64,000 nt of DNA, taken from the NCBI GenBank assembly GCA_028534125.1, contig CM052832.1, positions 7,256,001-7,320,000 on the forward strand, in the 5' to 3' direction. A program made the translations under genes and the position numbers. Origin of the DNA: Lama glama (lineage: Eukaryota). Of the stretch, positions 1 to 13,073 are shown piece after piece. Under the pieces are notes generated by a model. That model saw only the letters and a list, made by a program, of their open reading frames with translations. It did no database searches and was not told the origin of the DNA. Positions within the stretch are counted from its first letter, which is position 1, and each line of letters starts with the position of its first letter.

Positions 1-244
1 AGCCGAAGCTCAACTGGCCGAGATCCTCCTGATGCCAAGGGGGCATGTTTGCCTCCGGGACACAGGGTCAGACTGGAGCTGGGCGGGGACGACAGTGACT
101 GCGGAGAAGCTTGTCCTCGTGCTACGTGAAGCCTGCCAAGTTGTTTTTCAAGACAGCCCTAGAAAGGTGACCTTGAACAGAGGCTCATAAAACTGTCATG
201 TGTTCATCAAAAACAATTATATTGCATTTTAAAACATAATTCAA

Positions 245-415
245 GGGGGAGAGTACAGCTCAGGGGTAGAGCAAGTGCTTCGCATGCACAAGGTCCTGGG
301 TTCGACCCCCAGTACCTCCATTAAAAATTAAGTAAGCAAATAAATAAAATCTCTCCCCCCATAAACAAATTAATTAAAACTGCCACTTTAAAAAATTAAA
401 AATTAATAAATAAAC
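245..415 (+). mobile_element. tRNA-derived SINE (camelid Vic-1-like)
   Basis: Head ggggagagtacagctcaggggtagagc (A box), ggttcgacccc (B box), cagtacctcca, A-rich tail; flanking direct repeat cataattca at 235-243 and 416-424. Confidence 0.88.
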
Positions 416-827
416 CATAATTCAGATACTCCTAATGCATCCCTTTGATGAATGTATCATCGCTGAGGGTCCTAAATAATATCCAGTGGAGAAAGAAAAA
501 GAAATCGGTCCCCTAGGACACACGTCCCTGAGATTGTCAGCAACAGGCCAGACTCAACGGCCACGAGGCCGGCTGCCCGCTAAGGGTCTGGAACTCACAG
601 TCAACTGCACTAGCTCAACAGGATTTCAGCAAGCCATCTCTTGAAGGGTCCACTTCCTCCACCCATAAAATACGTACTTTTCAGAACTGTTTTAAGGCTA
701 AAGTAAGTTTTGCTTTATGCAAAACTAGTTTGTAAATGGTGAAGGGCTGCACAGATGAAAGTCACTGGGTGCTGACATGCGAGGAAGCTGGGCCAGGTTA
801 GAAGTACACTTCAGCCTCCCGAGGGCG

Positions 828-1050
828 CAGGGTGGTTAGGAGCGTAGGACCCTCCAGCCATGTAGATCTGGCCTTAATTCCTGTATTTATGACTCACTGG
901 TTGTCAGCAGGACCTTGAGCAAGTTATTCAGCCCCTCTGCCCCCCGGTTTTCACAATAATGCCACCCACCTCATAGAGCTGTCGTGGGAAATGCGTACGT
1001 CAGCCTCATCAGAACACCACACAGTCAGTAAGTGGCAGCTCACAGTAATC
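828..1050 (+). mobile_element. MIR SINE relic
   Basis: gtggttaggagc...gaccttgagcaagttattcagcccctctg...cacctcatagagctgtcgtg follows the MIR consensus order. Confidence 0.7.
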
Positions 1051-1399
1051 CAGCCAGATAGGTACTGGAAAAATAACAGGGCGAAGATAACACCAGGCCA
1101 CACTTCCTGAAGAAGCCAACAACCAAATTCCTTCATCACCAAACCAGAAGTCAGCAAGCAACAGGCACAGCAGAAGACGCCAAGACCAAAAGAACATGGC
1201 CCTACATTTTGAAAGTTCAAAGTCTGATGGCGAAGACAGAGGTGTACACAAAATAACTGTCACTACGTGCCACGGTGGTGTGGGAGCCTTAGACTCAGCT
1301 TGGGTGGGTGGGAAGAGGCCTTACGGAGGTGCCAGCGCTTGATCTGAGTTCTGAAGGAAGAGGAGAAGCGTGACCGCCCTGAATTCCCTCCTGGGCGGC

Positions 1400-2268
1400 G
1401 GCAGCAGCTTCCTGAATGATAAGCCTGCTCCTGCCACTGCCCCCTTACCATCCACGCTCCCCACAGCAGCCAGAGTGAGTTCTTACGAACACGGAGATGA
1501 GACGGGGCAAGGGCCGGGGAGGGATAAGTTAGGAGTTTGGGATTAACAGATATACATTACTATGTACAAGATCAATAAACAAGGACCCACTGTAGAGCAC
1601 AGGGAACTATATTTAATTTCTTGTAATAATCTACAATGGAAAAGAATCTGAAAAGAATATACATATGTATGTATGTGTATAACTGAATTGCTTTGCTGTA
1701 CACCTGAAACTAACATGGTAAATCAACTATACCTCAATAAAAAACAAAATTTAAAAAAAACATAAAAATTAGATGATGTCATTCTCCTGCTTCACATCCT
1801 TTGATAGCACCTCACTACCACCAGAACAAAACCCCGCTACTCACCAGGGCCTGGGAGACTCTCTGTAACTGAGCCCCCGCCTGGTCCCCTAGTTCACCCC
1901 ACTCTCCCCGCCCCACCCCTGCCATCCCCTGAACACACCGCACTTACTGCTCCCTGACAGCCTTTGCCTGACTTTCCTGCTGTTCCTCACAGGCTCTCAA
2001 ACCTCTTCAAAGAGCCCTGTCCCAGCTTCCCACAAGATTAGTTTCTTCCCTCCCTGTCCTGCTCTCTCTCCCATTGCCCTAATTCATCTTCCCAAAGCTT
2101 TTACGATCTGAAATTCTCTTGTGTGCATGTTTACTGACCCAGTCCCCGACTACAGGTCACTAAAAAGTCAGCCTCTTGTGAGCAGAAACTGTAACTATCT
2201 GGTTTACTTCCATGAATGCCCGGCAGACGGTAAGCACTTGGTAAATATTTTTTGAGGGAATGAATAAC
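1400..2268 (+). mobile_element. L2 LINE 3' relic, interrupted by an L1 fragment
   Basis: cacagcagccagagtgag... resumes after the L1 as gatgtcattctcctgcttcacatcc and ends in an L2 tail (gcacttggtaaatattttttgagggaatgaat). Confidence 0.7.
1504..1761 (+). mobile_element. L1 3' end (artiodactyl type), 5' truncated
   Basis: ggagtttgggattaacagat...agcacagggaactatatt...aactgaattgctttgctgtacacctgaaactaac...caataaaaaa. Confidence 0.9.
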
Positions 2269-3212
2269 AGAATAGCAGAACGGCCACCCCAAAGGTTAGA
2301 TGAATTTCCCAATCAATCTACCAAGGGCCTGAGTCAGCTTTTTTTTAGATGCCGCTCACCCATCCACAGAGCATCAGGTTCAAAACAGTGAGTATTGAGA
2401 GCGATATCTCCTCCCATAGTATCTCTGCTCCGCTGCTACCTCCGCATTCTGAACCAGAAGAAGTGGACATTTGTGACAGACTAGGTGCTTTCCGACGCCC
2501 AGAGACAGGCAACAGATGTCTGAAAGACAAAAAGGAGCTACAGGAAGCTGTGGGGAGGTCTTTGGCCCTTGAGGCAGAAAGACCATTGGCCATTAAAGAC
2601 TTGGACGGAGGACACGTCAGAGCAGCAAGGCGAAGAAGCCGGCCCCCTGCACGGCCAGGCCCTTCGGCCCTAGGAACTGTGAGAGACACTCATAGGAAAC
2701 ACTAAATGCTGATGACTTTCTCAGTTTATGATCCCTAATTTCATCTCGCTCTTCTGGGAGTTCGACTTGCTTTCTGTGCTGGCAAGCGGGCAGACCCAGC
2801 AGTGACCGTGCACCTGTGATCATGACCTACAGTTTTGAGGTGAGCACTTGAGATAAGAGAGCCAAGCCAATGAGATGTCACCGGGCCCTTTCTGTTACAA
2901 ATACTTTTATCCAAAGGATTACGTGAACTAAAATGCAGGTGTGGCATATTGCTAAGAAGTTGCAAAACCTGTGATAGGCAAGGCTCACAAGGAGAATTTA
3001 AATGTCATCATGTGAAAATGTTAGCTCCTAAACTGAAATGGAACCAAATGGTTTAGCCCTGTCAGTGTAATACTGAAGTGTGATTTCCGCTGTTACCGCT
3101 CACCGCAAGGGAGCAACGTCTCCCTGGGAGAGGAAATCAGAAAGAACAGTTAACACTAACAAGGCATGAAGATCCAGCCCTGCCTGCAACGACCTCTTCT
3201 CATCTAAACTCT

Positions 3213-3895
3213 CATTCATTCAACATCTTTTACTTTTCTTTTTTTTTTTTTATTGAAGTCTAGTTGATTCACAATGTTGTGTCAGTTTCAGGTGTACAGC
3301 AAAGTGATTCAGGTATTCGTATAAATGTATATGTATTCTTTTTCAGATTCTTTTCCATGATAGGTTATTATAAGATATTGAATATAGTTCCCTGTGCTAG
3401 ACAGTAGGTCCTTCATTGTTTACTTATTTTATATGTAGTAGTGTGTATATGTTAATCCCAAACTCCTAATTTATCCCTCCCCTCCCTGCCTCGACCCCTT
3501 ACCCCTTTGGTAACCATAGTTTGTGTTCTATGTCTGTGAGTCTATTTGAGCATTTAATGAGATGCTAGCTACCACTGTGCTAGGCACAAAAGAAAATAAA
3601 TCCCCTGAATAACTCTCTCAAAGAATTTATAATCTAGCAGTGTGGGGTGAGGACAAAAGCAGATACACAGAAGGTATTAAATAAGGCAATCTCTACTAAA
3701 GCTTAGAGGATGGAGAGGCAGTTCCAAGGTTCCAAGACTCTTTCCTGAGGAAGATAACAATCACCTTGAAGGATGGGTGGGTCTTATCGACAGAAAGAGG
3801 CCAGGGTAGATAGACCAGCCTAAGTGACGGGGAACAGAGAGAAGACGTACGCATTATGGTCTGGGGCACAGGATGCGGTCATGCGAGGGCTGGGG
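3213..3895 (-). mobile_element. L2 relic, interrupted by an L1 fragment
   Basis: cattcattcaaca (reverse L2 tail) continues after the L1 as gagcatttaa...cactgtgctaggcac...aatctagcag. Confidence 0.6.
3232..3546 (-). mobile_element. L1 3' end (artiodactyl type)
   Basis: Poly-T then tattgaagtctagttgattcacaatgttgtgtcagtttcaggtgtacagcaaagtgattcag...gtctgtgagtct; reverse complement of the same family as 1504-1761 and 10122-10942. Confidence 0.92.
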
Positions 3896-5116
3896 AACAT
3901 AACTCTCTTCAGTTAGACTCTAACTAAAGGACAGAGCTTTTCTGCTCTCCCCTGCTTTCCCTCAGACCCAGTTCTCCACGCGGGGTCCACTCTAAATCAT
4001 ATGTATTAAATAAAGAAGAAAGTAAATCCAGGGAGAAAAAAAAAAGAAATCCATCCAACTCGCTTTGAAGTTGCTGCTGCTCTGGGTGTTCTTGGGTTCT
4101 CAGGTGCAGAACTCTGCACATCCTTGGTTCTGGGTAGACACTTGTGTTATCTCACTGACAACATAGGGGCATTTAAAGAAAGTGCACGTGGCCAAGAGTG
4201 GGGAGGCGTGGCACTAATGTGTGTGTGAATCTGCAAAGTTGGAAAAAGCTATTGGGCCCAATACCTTGTGGATGTTGGAGGGGAAAAGAAAAAGAGAGAG
4301 AGAGAGAGAAGACTGATCTATAAATCAATTCTACTGCTGCCATAATGGCTAAATGGAGAGTTAATACTCTTGTTACATAATTCCAGAAAGTTATCAGAAT
4401 CCAGAAATAAACTCATTTTATATTTTCTCTTTTAGGAGTATATCCAGTAAATATTTAAATATTGTTTTTAAACGATCGTGATGGAACTGCAGCATGGGAC
4501 TGTGTAAGGCAAACCACACTGCACGAGGAATCCAGAGACCGCATTCTGCTCTGTCACTCACTTGCTGCGGAACTGCAGGCAGGGAGCCTGACCTTCCGAG
4601 CCTCCAGCGGGAGGAGGCGAGGCTGGAGGAGAGCAGATCTTGGGGCGGGGCTGCTGCTCAAATGTGGGTCCTCCTCACAACTTTCACCAGCCTTTCGGGT
4701 AATGACATCTACGGGCCCTTCAGATGCTAAAGTGCCCTCTGGGTCTATTTTACGATGTCATCTTTAGGTCTGAGGACAAAGCCTTGAGAAAAGCATCTTA
4801 CGTGAATCTAGGAACGGACAGGTTCTGAAGGCCATTTTAAAGGTTTTAGTCATTGGCAAAAAATAATTCATGAACTAAGGATTCAACTATAAAAATCAAA
4901 CATTTGAAGAACCCAGGGGCTGCCAAAACATAGAACATACATTTCTCTTGTATATATCTTACTAGTCATCATAAGACCCTTACAAATCTTATATTCACAC
5001 ACACACACACATATATAAATATATACACAAATGCTTCTATACACACAGAGTCTAAAGAATACTACAAAGACAAAAGCACAGCTATTATGAACCTTGATCA
5101 ATGATCTAAAGCCCAC

Positions 5117-5308
5117 ACTTAGACTACTATGTATAAAATATATAAGCTACAGGATACATTGCACAGCACAGGGAACACAACAAATACTTTATGATAACTA
5201 TAAATGGAGTATAATCTATAAAAATTTTTGAATCACTGTGTTGTATACCTGAAACTAATATGACACTGTCAATCAACTATATCTCAATAAAAAAATAAAT
5301 AAAAAATA
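5117..5308 (+). mobile_element. L1 3' end fragment
   Basis: agcacagggaac...gaatcactgtgttgtatacctgaaactaata...caactatatctcaataaaaaaa; degenerate flanking repeat aaagcccac / aaagtccac. Confidence 0.85.
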
Positions 5309-6682
5309 AAGTCCACTACTTTAAATGCCATTGAACCTATAGCTACAAGCTTCAAATTCACAAGTTAGTGTGACTTTCACCCTTGCGTTTTCAGGAAGGA
5401 CACATGTCTAGTGAGCACATTAACCTGATTCCTACATTTCAACATTTGGAGGTTTATTTAAACCTAACATATGGCTGTTCTTCACAGAGTTCCAAGGTTT
5501 CCCCCTTATGCACATATCTGGTTCTCTTCAGTGTTTAGATATTTAATTTTTATAATTCTATATTATTTAAAAAATATATACTCAGGCATACCCATATATT
5601 CAGACTAATACACATGTACCCACAGAAACCTAAGTTAATACCCAAGAAGACATACACCTGATGTGGGCAGGAGAGAAGAAAAGGTAGGTCATTTCATTTA
5701 TAGACAGTTATGTTTATAAACCATTAAGGACACTCAAAACCTAACCATCATAGGAAAAAAAAAAAAAACCCAACCTTGAGAAAAGGTCCACGTTGAGAGT
5801 TTACTGTACATTTTGTTTTGAGTTATTTTCCCTCTGGTCTAGCCCCTCTGCCAACAATAGCAACTGGATGACATGTGAGTTCCTTTCGGCTCTCAATACT
5901 TGCGATCTGCAAATTGAAGAGCTATGATGATTAGCACACTCTCTTGTCACCGTGACATAAAAGCAATCAGACTAGTCCTACAGTAAGATCTATTTATGCC
6001 CAAGTGGGGCAGAGGAAAAAAAAAAGAGCTGGGAGTCTTAACGCACCAAATGTGAATGATTAGTCTGTAATGCAAGGCTGATGTTCTTTTTTAAGAAGAA
6101 GGGTGAAGCCAGCAGCACACTAGAATGCAAAAAGAGAAATGTCGCGGGAGGAACAGGAGCTAAATGTGAATCAGAAGGGAATTCTGTCTGCCCGATGAGC
6201 CGCTCGCTGGCCCGGCCTTATAACCACCAGTCAAGGTTTCCTGTTAGCCCTGGGCAATTTTTAAACAAACTTAATGAAATAGTTATACATGTAAAAAATT
6301 TAAGCCCAAATCTGAGACGGTAACACTAGTTTTTTAATAGTGAGGGTGTGATGTTATCCCCTGCACCACCTAGACACGATATAGAAACTTACAACAAATA
6401 TTCTCCCAGAGAGCGTGGTATTACCATTTCACCAGTGTGCGGACTGCCATCGCTACAGAGGACAGCATCAGCAGAAACTTCCCCCAAATTTTATCCCCAA
6501 ATTATTGAATATTGGAATTTGTTGTTCATTTTTAAAAAAAAAAAGAAGAAGAAGGTCAACATCTTCAAGTGTCGATTCTTTCATCATAAGCCATTTCCCA
6601 GCTCCAGGAGTTTTGCAGTGAACACATCTCATCTCTTAGCCCCTCACCCCCAGGCTGCCAGAGTCTGTGCAAGTGAAACCTA

Positions 6683-6967
<285 letters not shown>

Positions 6968-7649
6968 TTAAGCCAAGGAATTTTCAATATTGATATTTAC
7001 AGTGAAGTGTCTGTATAATGCCTTCCCTTTCGAATGGCTTTATAAGCATCACCTGGTGACAAGCATCCCTGGTTCTGTTCTATGAATGGAGAGCTGAGGG
7101 GCCCAGTGGGTGACTCAGAGCCAAGCATCAGTGGTGGGGCCAGGACGCTGGAGCCCACAGGGACTCTCCGGACACCCCCTCTGGCCTCTCAGTGAGGATG
7201 GGAAGGGTGAAGGAATGTGTCCCGGGGTGTGTTTGCTCATTTCATGGAGGAGGAAGCCTCCACTGGACGTTCAGAGTCCGCTCATGGGACACACATGGCG
7301 CCAGACTTGGGGCAGAAACAAACACATTTGTCAAAGGGGCATTTCACAATGACCACACGTGACTGTTTCTTTCTTATGTTACAATGGTACCTTACTGAGA
7401 CTCTTTTCAAAAAAATTAAAACTCAAACTGAGAACTCCTTTAAGAGGAAAACAACAGAAATACAGGCAAGGAAATTCAAATCCTCAAGAGGAACATGGTT
7501 ATTTTGTGATACCCTAAAGCCTGAAAGCACCTAATAGACTATGTTAAATCAGGGAGGTGCTTTTTTATTTTAAATATAGTACTGGGGTTCTGTCAGAGAA
7601 ACTGAAAAATACCCTTTGGGTTACCATGTGAATGTAAGAACCTATTATC

Positions 7650-7685
7650 CAAACAAAACAAAACAAAACAAAGCAAAACAAAACA
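7650..7685 (+). repeat. (CAAAA)n microsatellite
   Basis: caaacaaaacaaaacaaaacaaagcaaaacaaaaca. Confidence 0.85.
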
Positions 7686-10121
7686 GAAAGAAACCACTTG
7701 GTCTCTCTTCTAGTTTCTTCAAGTGTAAAATCCAAGGAGATTCTAGATATTGAAGAAATATGCAAATTGAAATATAACTGAGGGACTAAAACTTTTAAAG
7801 TATCCTCAAATCACCCTTAGCAAAGGATCTGGTGGTATTGCCTTAGTGCAGTGGTAACAGAAAGACACCTGAACCTTGGTGTGACGTGAGTTGGGTGTAT
7901 TCCAGCAGAGTGGTGCTGTGGGGGACAGGCAGTGACGCCTGCCTACTGCTCAGTCAGAAATGTACTGCAGATTCCTCGTTCTGTGGTCTGTACTGGTGAA
8001 GCCTTAGTATGTTGCCCCAACATTTTAGTAAAATGTTAAGCAACTGAAGCTGATTCAAAGAAGAGCCATTTAAGATGATGGCAGAAAAGGAATCTGCCCT
8101 GTGAAGAAAAATTAAGGGCATCCAGAGTATTATCCGTAACAGGAGAAAATCCTGCAGGAGGATTACTAAGAGCCTTCCAGAATGGACATGTATGTCCTAC
8201 AAGCGACAAGGACACCTCATCTCCCACTTAGGCACGCGACAGGAGGAATGTATCAGGACAGGGTTAAGCCAAACATTAGAATTTCCCGACTATAAGCTGT
8301 CTTCCTAAGACAAATTCCTTATTTTATTTGCCCCTAAATGTATTTTCCTGTCTCCTTTTTCATTGCCTACCCAGCCCAAAGAAAACAGACAGGAAGCCAA
8401 GGCTTGGTAACATGAGTGTAGCTGTCTCCACAGCCAAACAAGTTCCAACTGGGCCCACTAACTGAAATGCACCCACCACCTTATTTCCTGCCAGTGTCAT
8501 TGCGGGGCACGTGCTGTAACAGGGGGTCTAAGACATGGAGAAAAATGATCAGAGGAAAACTGGGGAAACTCCCTGTTTGTTCATGGTTGTTTTCCACACC
8601 ATTTATGACTTTTTATTGAGATTCCAAATAGATTTGAGAAATCTAAAGAACCTGTAGAGATGACCCAAAACAGCTCCTAGGCCCCAGCAAGTCAAGTGCT
8701 CATAGATGAACTGACCATGGCCTGCAGAGATAAAACGACTAGCTCGTGGGCTCAGCTCTTGACTAGCCAGGCCTGGACCAGGATGCTGTCGGACCAGGAT
8801 GCTGTCTGAGTCTTCCTGGACTGGGCTTTCCACTCATCCTGTGGCACAGATGCTGGCATGCCCGCTTCTCTCCTCTTCCTCACCCAGCTACTGTGGGGGA
8901 TTCGCCTGAGTGAGGCCCCTGAGGACCAAGCCCTGGGAGATGTCAGGCTGGTTTTCAAGGCAGAAAGAATCAGCAGCAAGGATTCAATTGCCAAGTTAAC
9001 AGCTCATCCCAGTACCCTGAACAAACTTCCATCAATCCATCTTGCTGTGTCTTACAAGTTTCATGAGTACTTGACACAGTACTTGTCACACTGAGATCTA
9101 CCAATTCTGTTCCTCACACATACCAAAGAAAAAAAAAAGCACTGGTGTGGTGTTGATACAGCTGTAAATATTAACAAGAAAGCTTACAGAATGGTCCCTG
9201 GAAATTATTTTTTAATAGGCCATATATTTGGAATGGCAGACTCCCTGAGGGCTGAGGGGAGAGCTGCATGATTTTGCGTGGTTCCTTTATATCCTGGGAC
9301 TTCCTGTGGGCCATGGGTCATGAGAAAACTTAATAAGCTTAGCCTCTGCTTTCTACAGCCCTTTCATTAGGTTTTCATGGAGATCGTCTAAGATGTGAAC
9401 TCAGAATATGGATGTGTGTCTTCTCTAAGTCCGGTGCTACAGGGCAGTAATCGGAGGTCGTAGGCAAGAATAAAGGCCTTGGAGGGGCACTGATGTGGGT
9501 GAGAAATTTAACAGCAGGTGAAATTCTAAAAGCCTCAATGACCTTTTGGAAATGATCTTCAAAGACCGGCTACCAAGCATCTACAGACATCTTCCAGTAA
9601 CTCAGGGAACATCTCTCTGCAGCTGCATACACACAAAAAACATATGCGTTTTCCCTTGTAGAACGGCTGCTCCTTCACCACCACCACTGCAACCACAACA
9701 AAATCCTTAAGGCAGAATGAAGAGCAAAAGCCCAACAGGGTCTTCATCTTTCAACCGTGACGAATACCTGCCACCACTAAACCACATCAGAGTAACACGC
9801 GGATGATGGGCTGAAAGAAGATGTACTTCAGTCCTCAGCACCCGAGCGCTCCCTTCAGAAACGGAGAACTCAGAAGACAAAGGGCACGCTGACTTAAATC
9901 AAGGACATGGGGCTCTGCCCTGGGACAGGGAGAAGGAGATCTCATCTAAAGGGCCAAAGAGCAGATCTTCCAAGCAGGAGAAAGCAATAAAGAATGGAGA
10001 ATTGCTGTGTGTTACCTAAGACTACGTAAATGCTCGGTGCTGGGTCTTCCTTTCCAGCTGCACTGCCTGCCTTGAGCTATGGCTCTTCCACCGTCACAGG
10101 ATAAAAATATTCTCTAGGGAG

Positions 10122-10942
10122 AAATGCAAATCAAAACTACAATGAAGTATCACCTCACACCGGTCAGAACAGCCATCATTTAAAAAGTCCACAAATGATA
10201 AATGCTGGAGAGGGTGTGGAGAAAAGGGAACCCTCCTACACTGTTGGTGGGAATGCAAATTGGTGTAGCCATTATGGAAAACAGTATGGAGATTCCTTAG
10301 AAAGCTAAAAATAGACTTACCCTATGATCCAGCAATCCCACTCCCAGGCATATATCCAGAAGGAACTCTAACTCGCAAAGACACACGCACCCCAATGTTC
10401 ACAGCAGCACTATCAACAATAGCCAAGACATAGAAACAACCTAAAAGTCCACTGACAGATGACTGGATAAGGAAGATGTGGTATGTATATACAATGGAAC
10501 ACTACTTGGCCATAAAAAAGAATGAAATAGTGCCATTTGCAGCAACATGGATGGACCTAGAGATTATCATACTAAGTGAAGTAAGTCAGACAGAGAAAGG
10601 CAAATATCATATATAACATATGTGGAATCTAAAAGAATGATACAAATGAACTTATTTACAAAACAGAAAGAGACTCAGACACAGAAAACATATTTATGTT
10701 TACCAAAGGAGATAGGGGGTAGGAGAGGGATAAATTCGGAGTTTGGGATTTACAGATACAAACTACTATATATAAAATAGATAAACAATAAGGTCCTACT
10801 ATATAACACAAAGGAACTATAGCTAATATTTTTGTAATAACCTATAATGAAAAAGAATATATATGTATATAACTGAATCACTATGCTGTACACCTGAAAC
10901 TAACACAACATTGTAAATCAACCATATTTCAATTAAAAAAAA
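10122..10942 (+). mobile_element. L1, 5' truncated (end of ORF2 plus 3' UTR) with a perfect 13-bp TSD
   Basis: Starts in ORF2 C-terminal coding sequence ([15 protein letters not shown]...), continues through a typical 3' UTR to an A tail. TSD attctctagggag at 10109-10121 and 10943-10955. Confidence 0.95.
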
Positions 10943-11078
10943 ATTCTCTAGGGAGCTTTGAAAAACATGGATGTCCATCAGCTCAATTAAATCAGAATCT
11001 CTGGAAGAAGTTCCTGGGGAAAGTCATTTTTAAAGCTCACCACATAACCCAATGTGCAGCTGAGGTAGAGAAACACAG
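10943..11078. mobile_element. MER5-like hAT-Charlie relic (the target into which the L1 inserted)
   Basis: gggagctttgaaaaacatggatgtcc...aatcagaatctctgg...tttaaagctc...aatgtgcagctgaggtagagaaacac resembles the MER5A palindrome. Confidence 0.6.
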
Positions 11079-11139
11079 CCCAAGCTGAGCTCCCAGCCCC
11101 ACACACTGGATGCCACCTACTCAAGCCAATTTGTCCCCA

Positions 11140-11880
11140 CTGCTAGGGTGAGCCTTGTCCTCTGTCTTGAGTGTCAGGTTCTGTGTCCCACTGCCTACCT
11201 GACTCTCCCTTGGGATGACACAAAGGTATCTTAAATGCAGCAATATTTAAGGCAAGAGTTCTTGACTCATCTCTCCAAAAAACCCTGTTCCTCCTTAAGA
11301 GTCCCCCATCTCAGTAAGTGGCAGCAGCCAATCAGTTCCTTCAGCCCAAAACCTTGACACTTTTCTTGATTTCCCCTCATCACTCACTCCCCACCGTTAA
11401 TCTATTACCAAATCTGGTCATTTCCATCTTGAAAGTCTATCTCAAATCTTTTCAGTCCTCTCATTTCCACCAACACAACCCGAGTCCAGGGCCCCATCGT
11501 CCCTCTCTGGGCATCTGCCACTGTCTCCTTTTAGTGTCCCACACCAGGACCTTTCCGAACTCCAGAAATGCTTTCCCCCGATTCTCTGTATAGCCCACTC
11601 TTTCTCATCCCTTAGATCTCGGAGTGAACACCCCCTCCCATGAGAGGTGCCTGCCTACTGCACCCAGAGTAGGGTGCCTCCCTACAAGCACATCCTGTTT
11701 ATTTCCCCAAGGGCCGTTACCACCATGCGTCATTCTCTAACGCATCCCGGGGTCTCCCCTGCAAGACTGTGTGACCCATGAAAATGAGCGCTTTGGCTTG
11801 TTGACAGCTGGATCCTCATAACCTAGTTCAGTGCCTGCCATACAGTAGATGCTCAATAAATAAATAATGAATGAATGAAT
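11140..11880 (+). mobile_element. L2 LINE 3' relic
   Basis: cccactgcctacctgac...cccccatctcagtaagtggca...; ends cagtgcctgccatacagtagatgctcaataaataaataatgaatgaatgaat. Confidence 0.85.
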
Positions 11881-12199
11881 GGTCTCCTCTTTCAGATAGA
11901 TGTCTTGCTTGAGAGAAAATATTCTGGCCAAGGTTCTCCTCTTACAACACTGCCTTTCCCCAAAAAACTCTTCCCTTCTTATTTGGCAGTCTAGTGAATC
12001 CAGTGGGCAAAGCCCTTTTTTTAGAGACCAGCCTTCATTGGTGCTTCCTAAGAAATTTCTCTGAAACACATTCATTTAAGTGAAAGTTTGCTTGCCTGCC
12101 TTCTGAAAAAGCCCCATTTGCTCTCACCATAAATCTTAAGCACGGCTGTAAGTCATCCAGAATCACAGAGCTGAAAAGGACAACAAAAATCATTTCAAC

Positions 12200-12745
12200 T
12201 CTGAATTTTTGAGCAGTGTACTCTTTAGTGGATAAGGACGGTGAGAGGGGAAGTGGTTTGCCAAAGTCACAGGTTAGTTAGTGGCAGGATGAGAACCCAG
12301 GTCTTCTTTTTTTTGTCTCTCTCTCTCTCATTTAAATAACAATTTAAACTTTATTCACGGGAATTTTAGACAATTTAGAAAATAAAAGCAATTATAAAGA
12401 AGAAAATAAGAACTACTTTTAAGCCCAATTATCCAGAGGTAAGCATTATTAATATTACGCATTAATAATATCAATGTAATTTTAACCATAGTAAGTACTT
12501 ACTCTGTACCAATCTCTGTTCTCTATTACATTTCTATAATTTAGAACAGATAATATATATAATCATTTTTATTCCAGTTTTATTGAGATATAATTGATAG
12601 ACAGCTCTGTATAAGTTTAAAGTGAATGGCATAATGATTTGATTTACATACATCATGAAGTGATTATCACAGTAAGTTTAATAAATGTATTGGCTTATGG
12701 AACCCAGGTCTTCTGACTGCTGGTCCAGGGCACTTTACCATCCCA
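12200..12745 (-). mobile_element. MIR relic split by a TSD-flanked insertion
   Basis: gaggggaagtggtttgccaaagtcacaggttagttagtggcagga...gaacccaggtcttct [insert] gaacccaggtcttctgactgctggtccagggcacttt. Confidence 0.75.
12308..12699 (-). mobile_element. Retrotransposed insert: L1MA9-like 3' end plus about 260 bp of extra 3' sequence and an A tail, with a 15-bp TSD
   Basis: TSD gaacccaggtcttct at 12293-12307 and 12700-12714. 12570-12690 is the reverse complement of the L1 end seen at about 46705-46815. A second AATAAA lies at 12355-12350, upstream of the A tail. Confidence 0.8.
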
Positions 12746-12765
12746 TGGCTAAACAGCTTATTTTA

Positions 12766-13073
12766 TTTTATTTTATTTTTACATTTTTTTATTGAGTTAT
12801 AGTCATTTTACAATGTTGTGTCAATTTCCAGTGTAGAGCACAATTTTTCAGTTATACATGAACATACATATATTCATTGTTGCATTCTTTTTCACCGTGA
12901 GCTACCATAAGATCCTGTATATATTTCCCTGTGCTATACAGTATAATCCTGTTCATCTATTCTACATATGCCTGTCAGTATCTACAGATTTCGAACTCCC
13001 AGTCTGTCCCTTCCCACCCCTCTCCCCCTTGGCAACCACAAGTCTGTATTCTATGTCTGTGAGTCTGTTTCTC
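12766..13073 (-). mobile_element. Young L1 3' end with a perfect 15-bp TSD
   Basis: (TTTTA)n tail, tattgagttatagtcattttacaatgttgtgtcaatttcc...ggcaaccacaagtctgtattctatgtctgtgagtctgtttct. TSD aaacagcttatttta at 12751-12765 and 13074-13088. Confidence 0.93.

Noticed and set aside
10122..10620. Functional L1 ORF2
   Set aside because: 5' truncated with the reading frame broken soon after [10 protein letters not shown]; no endonuclease or RT domains.
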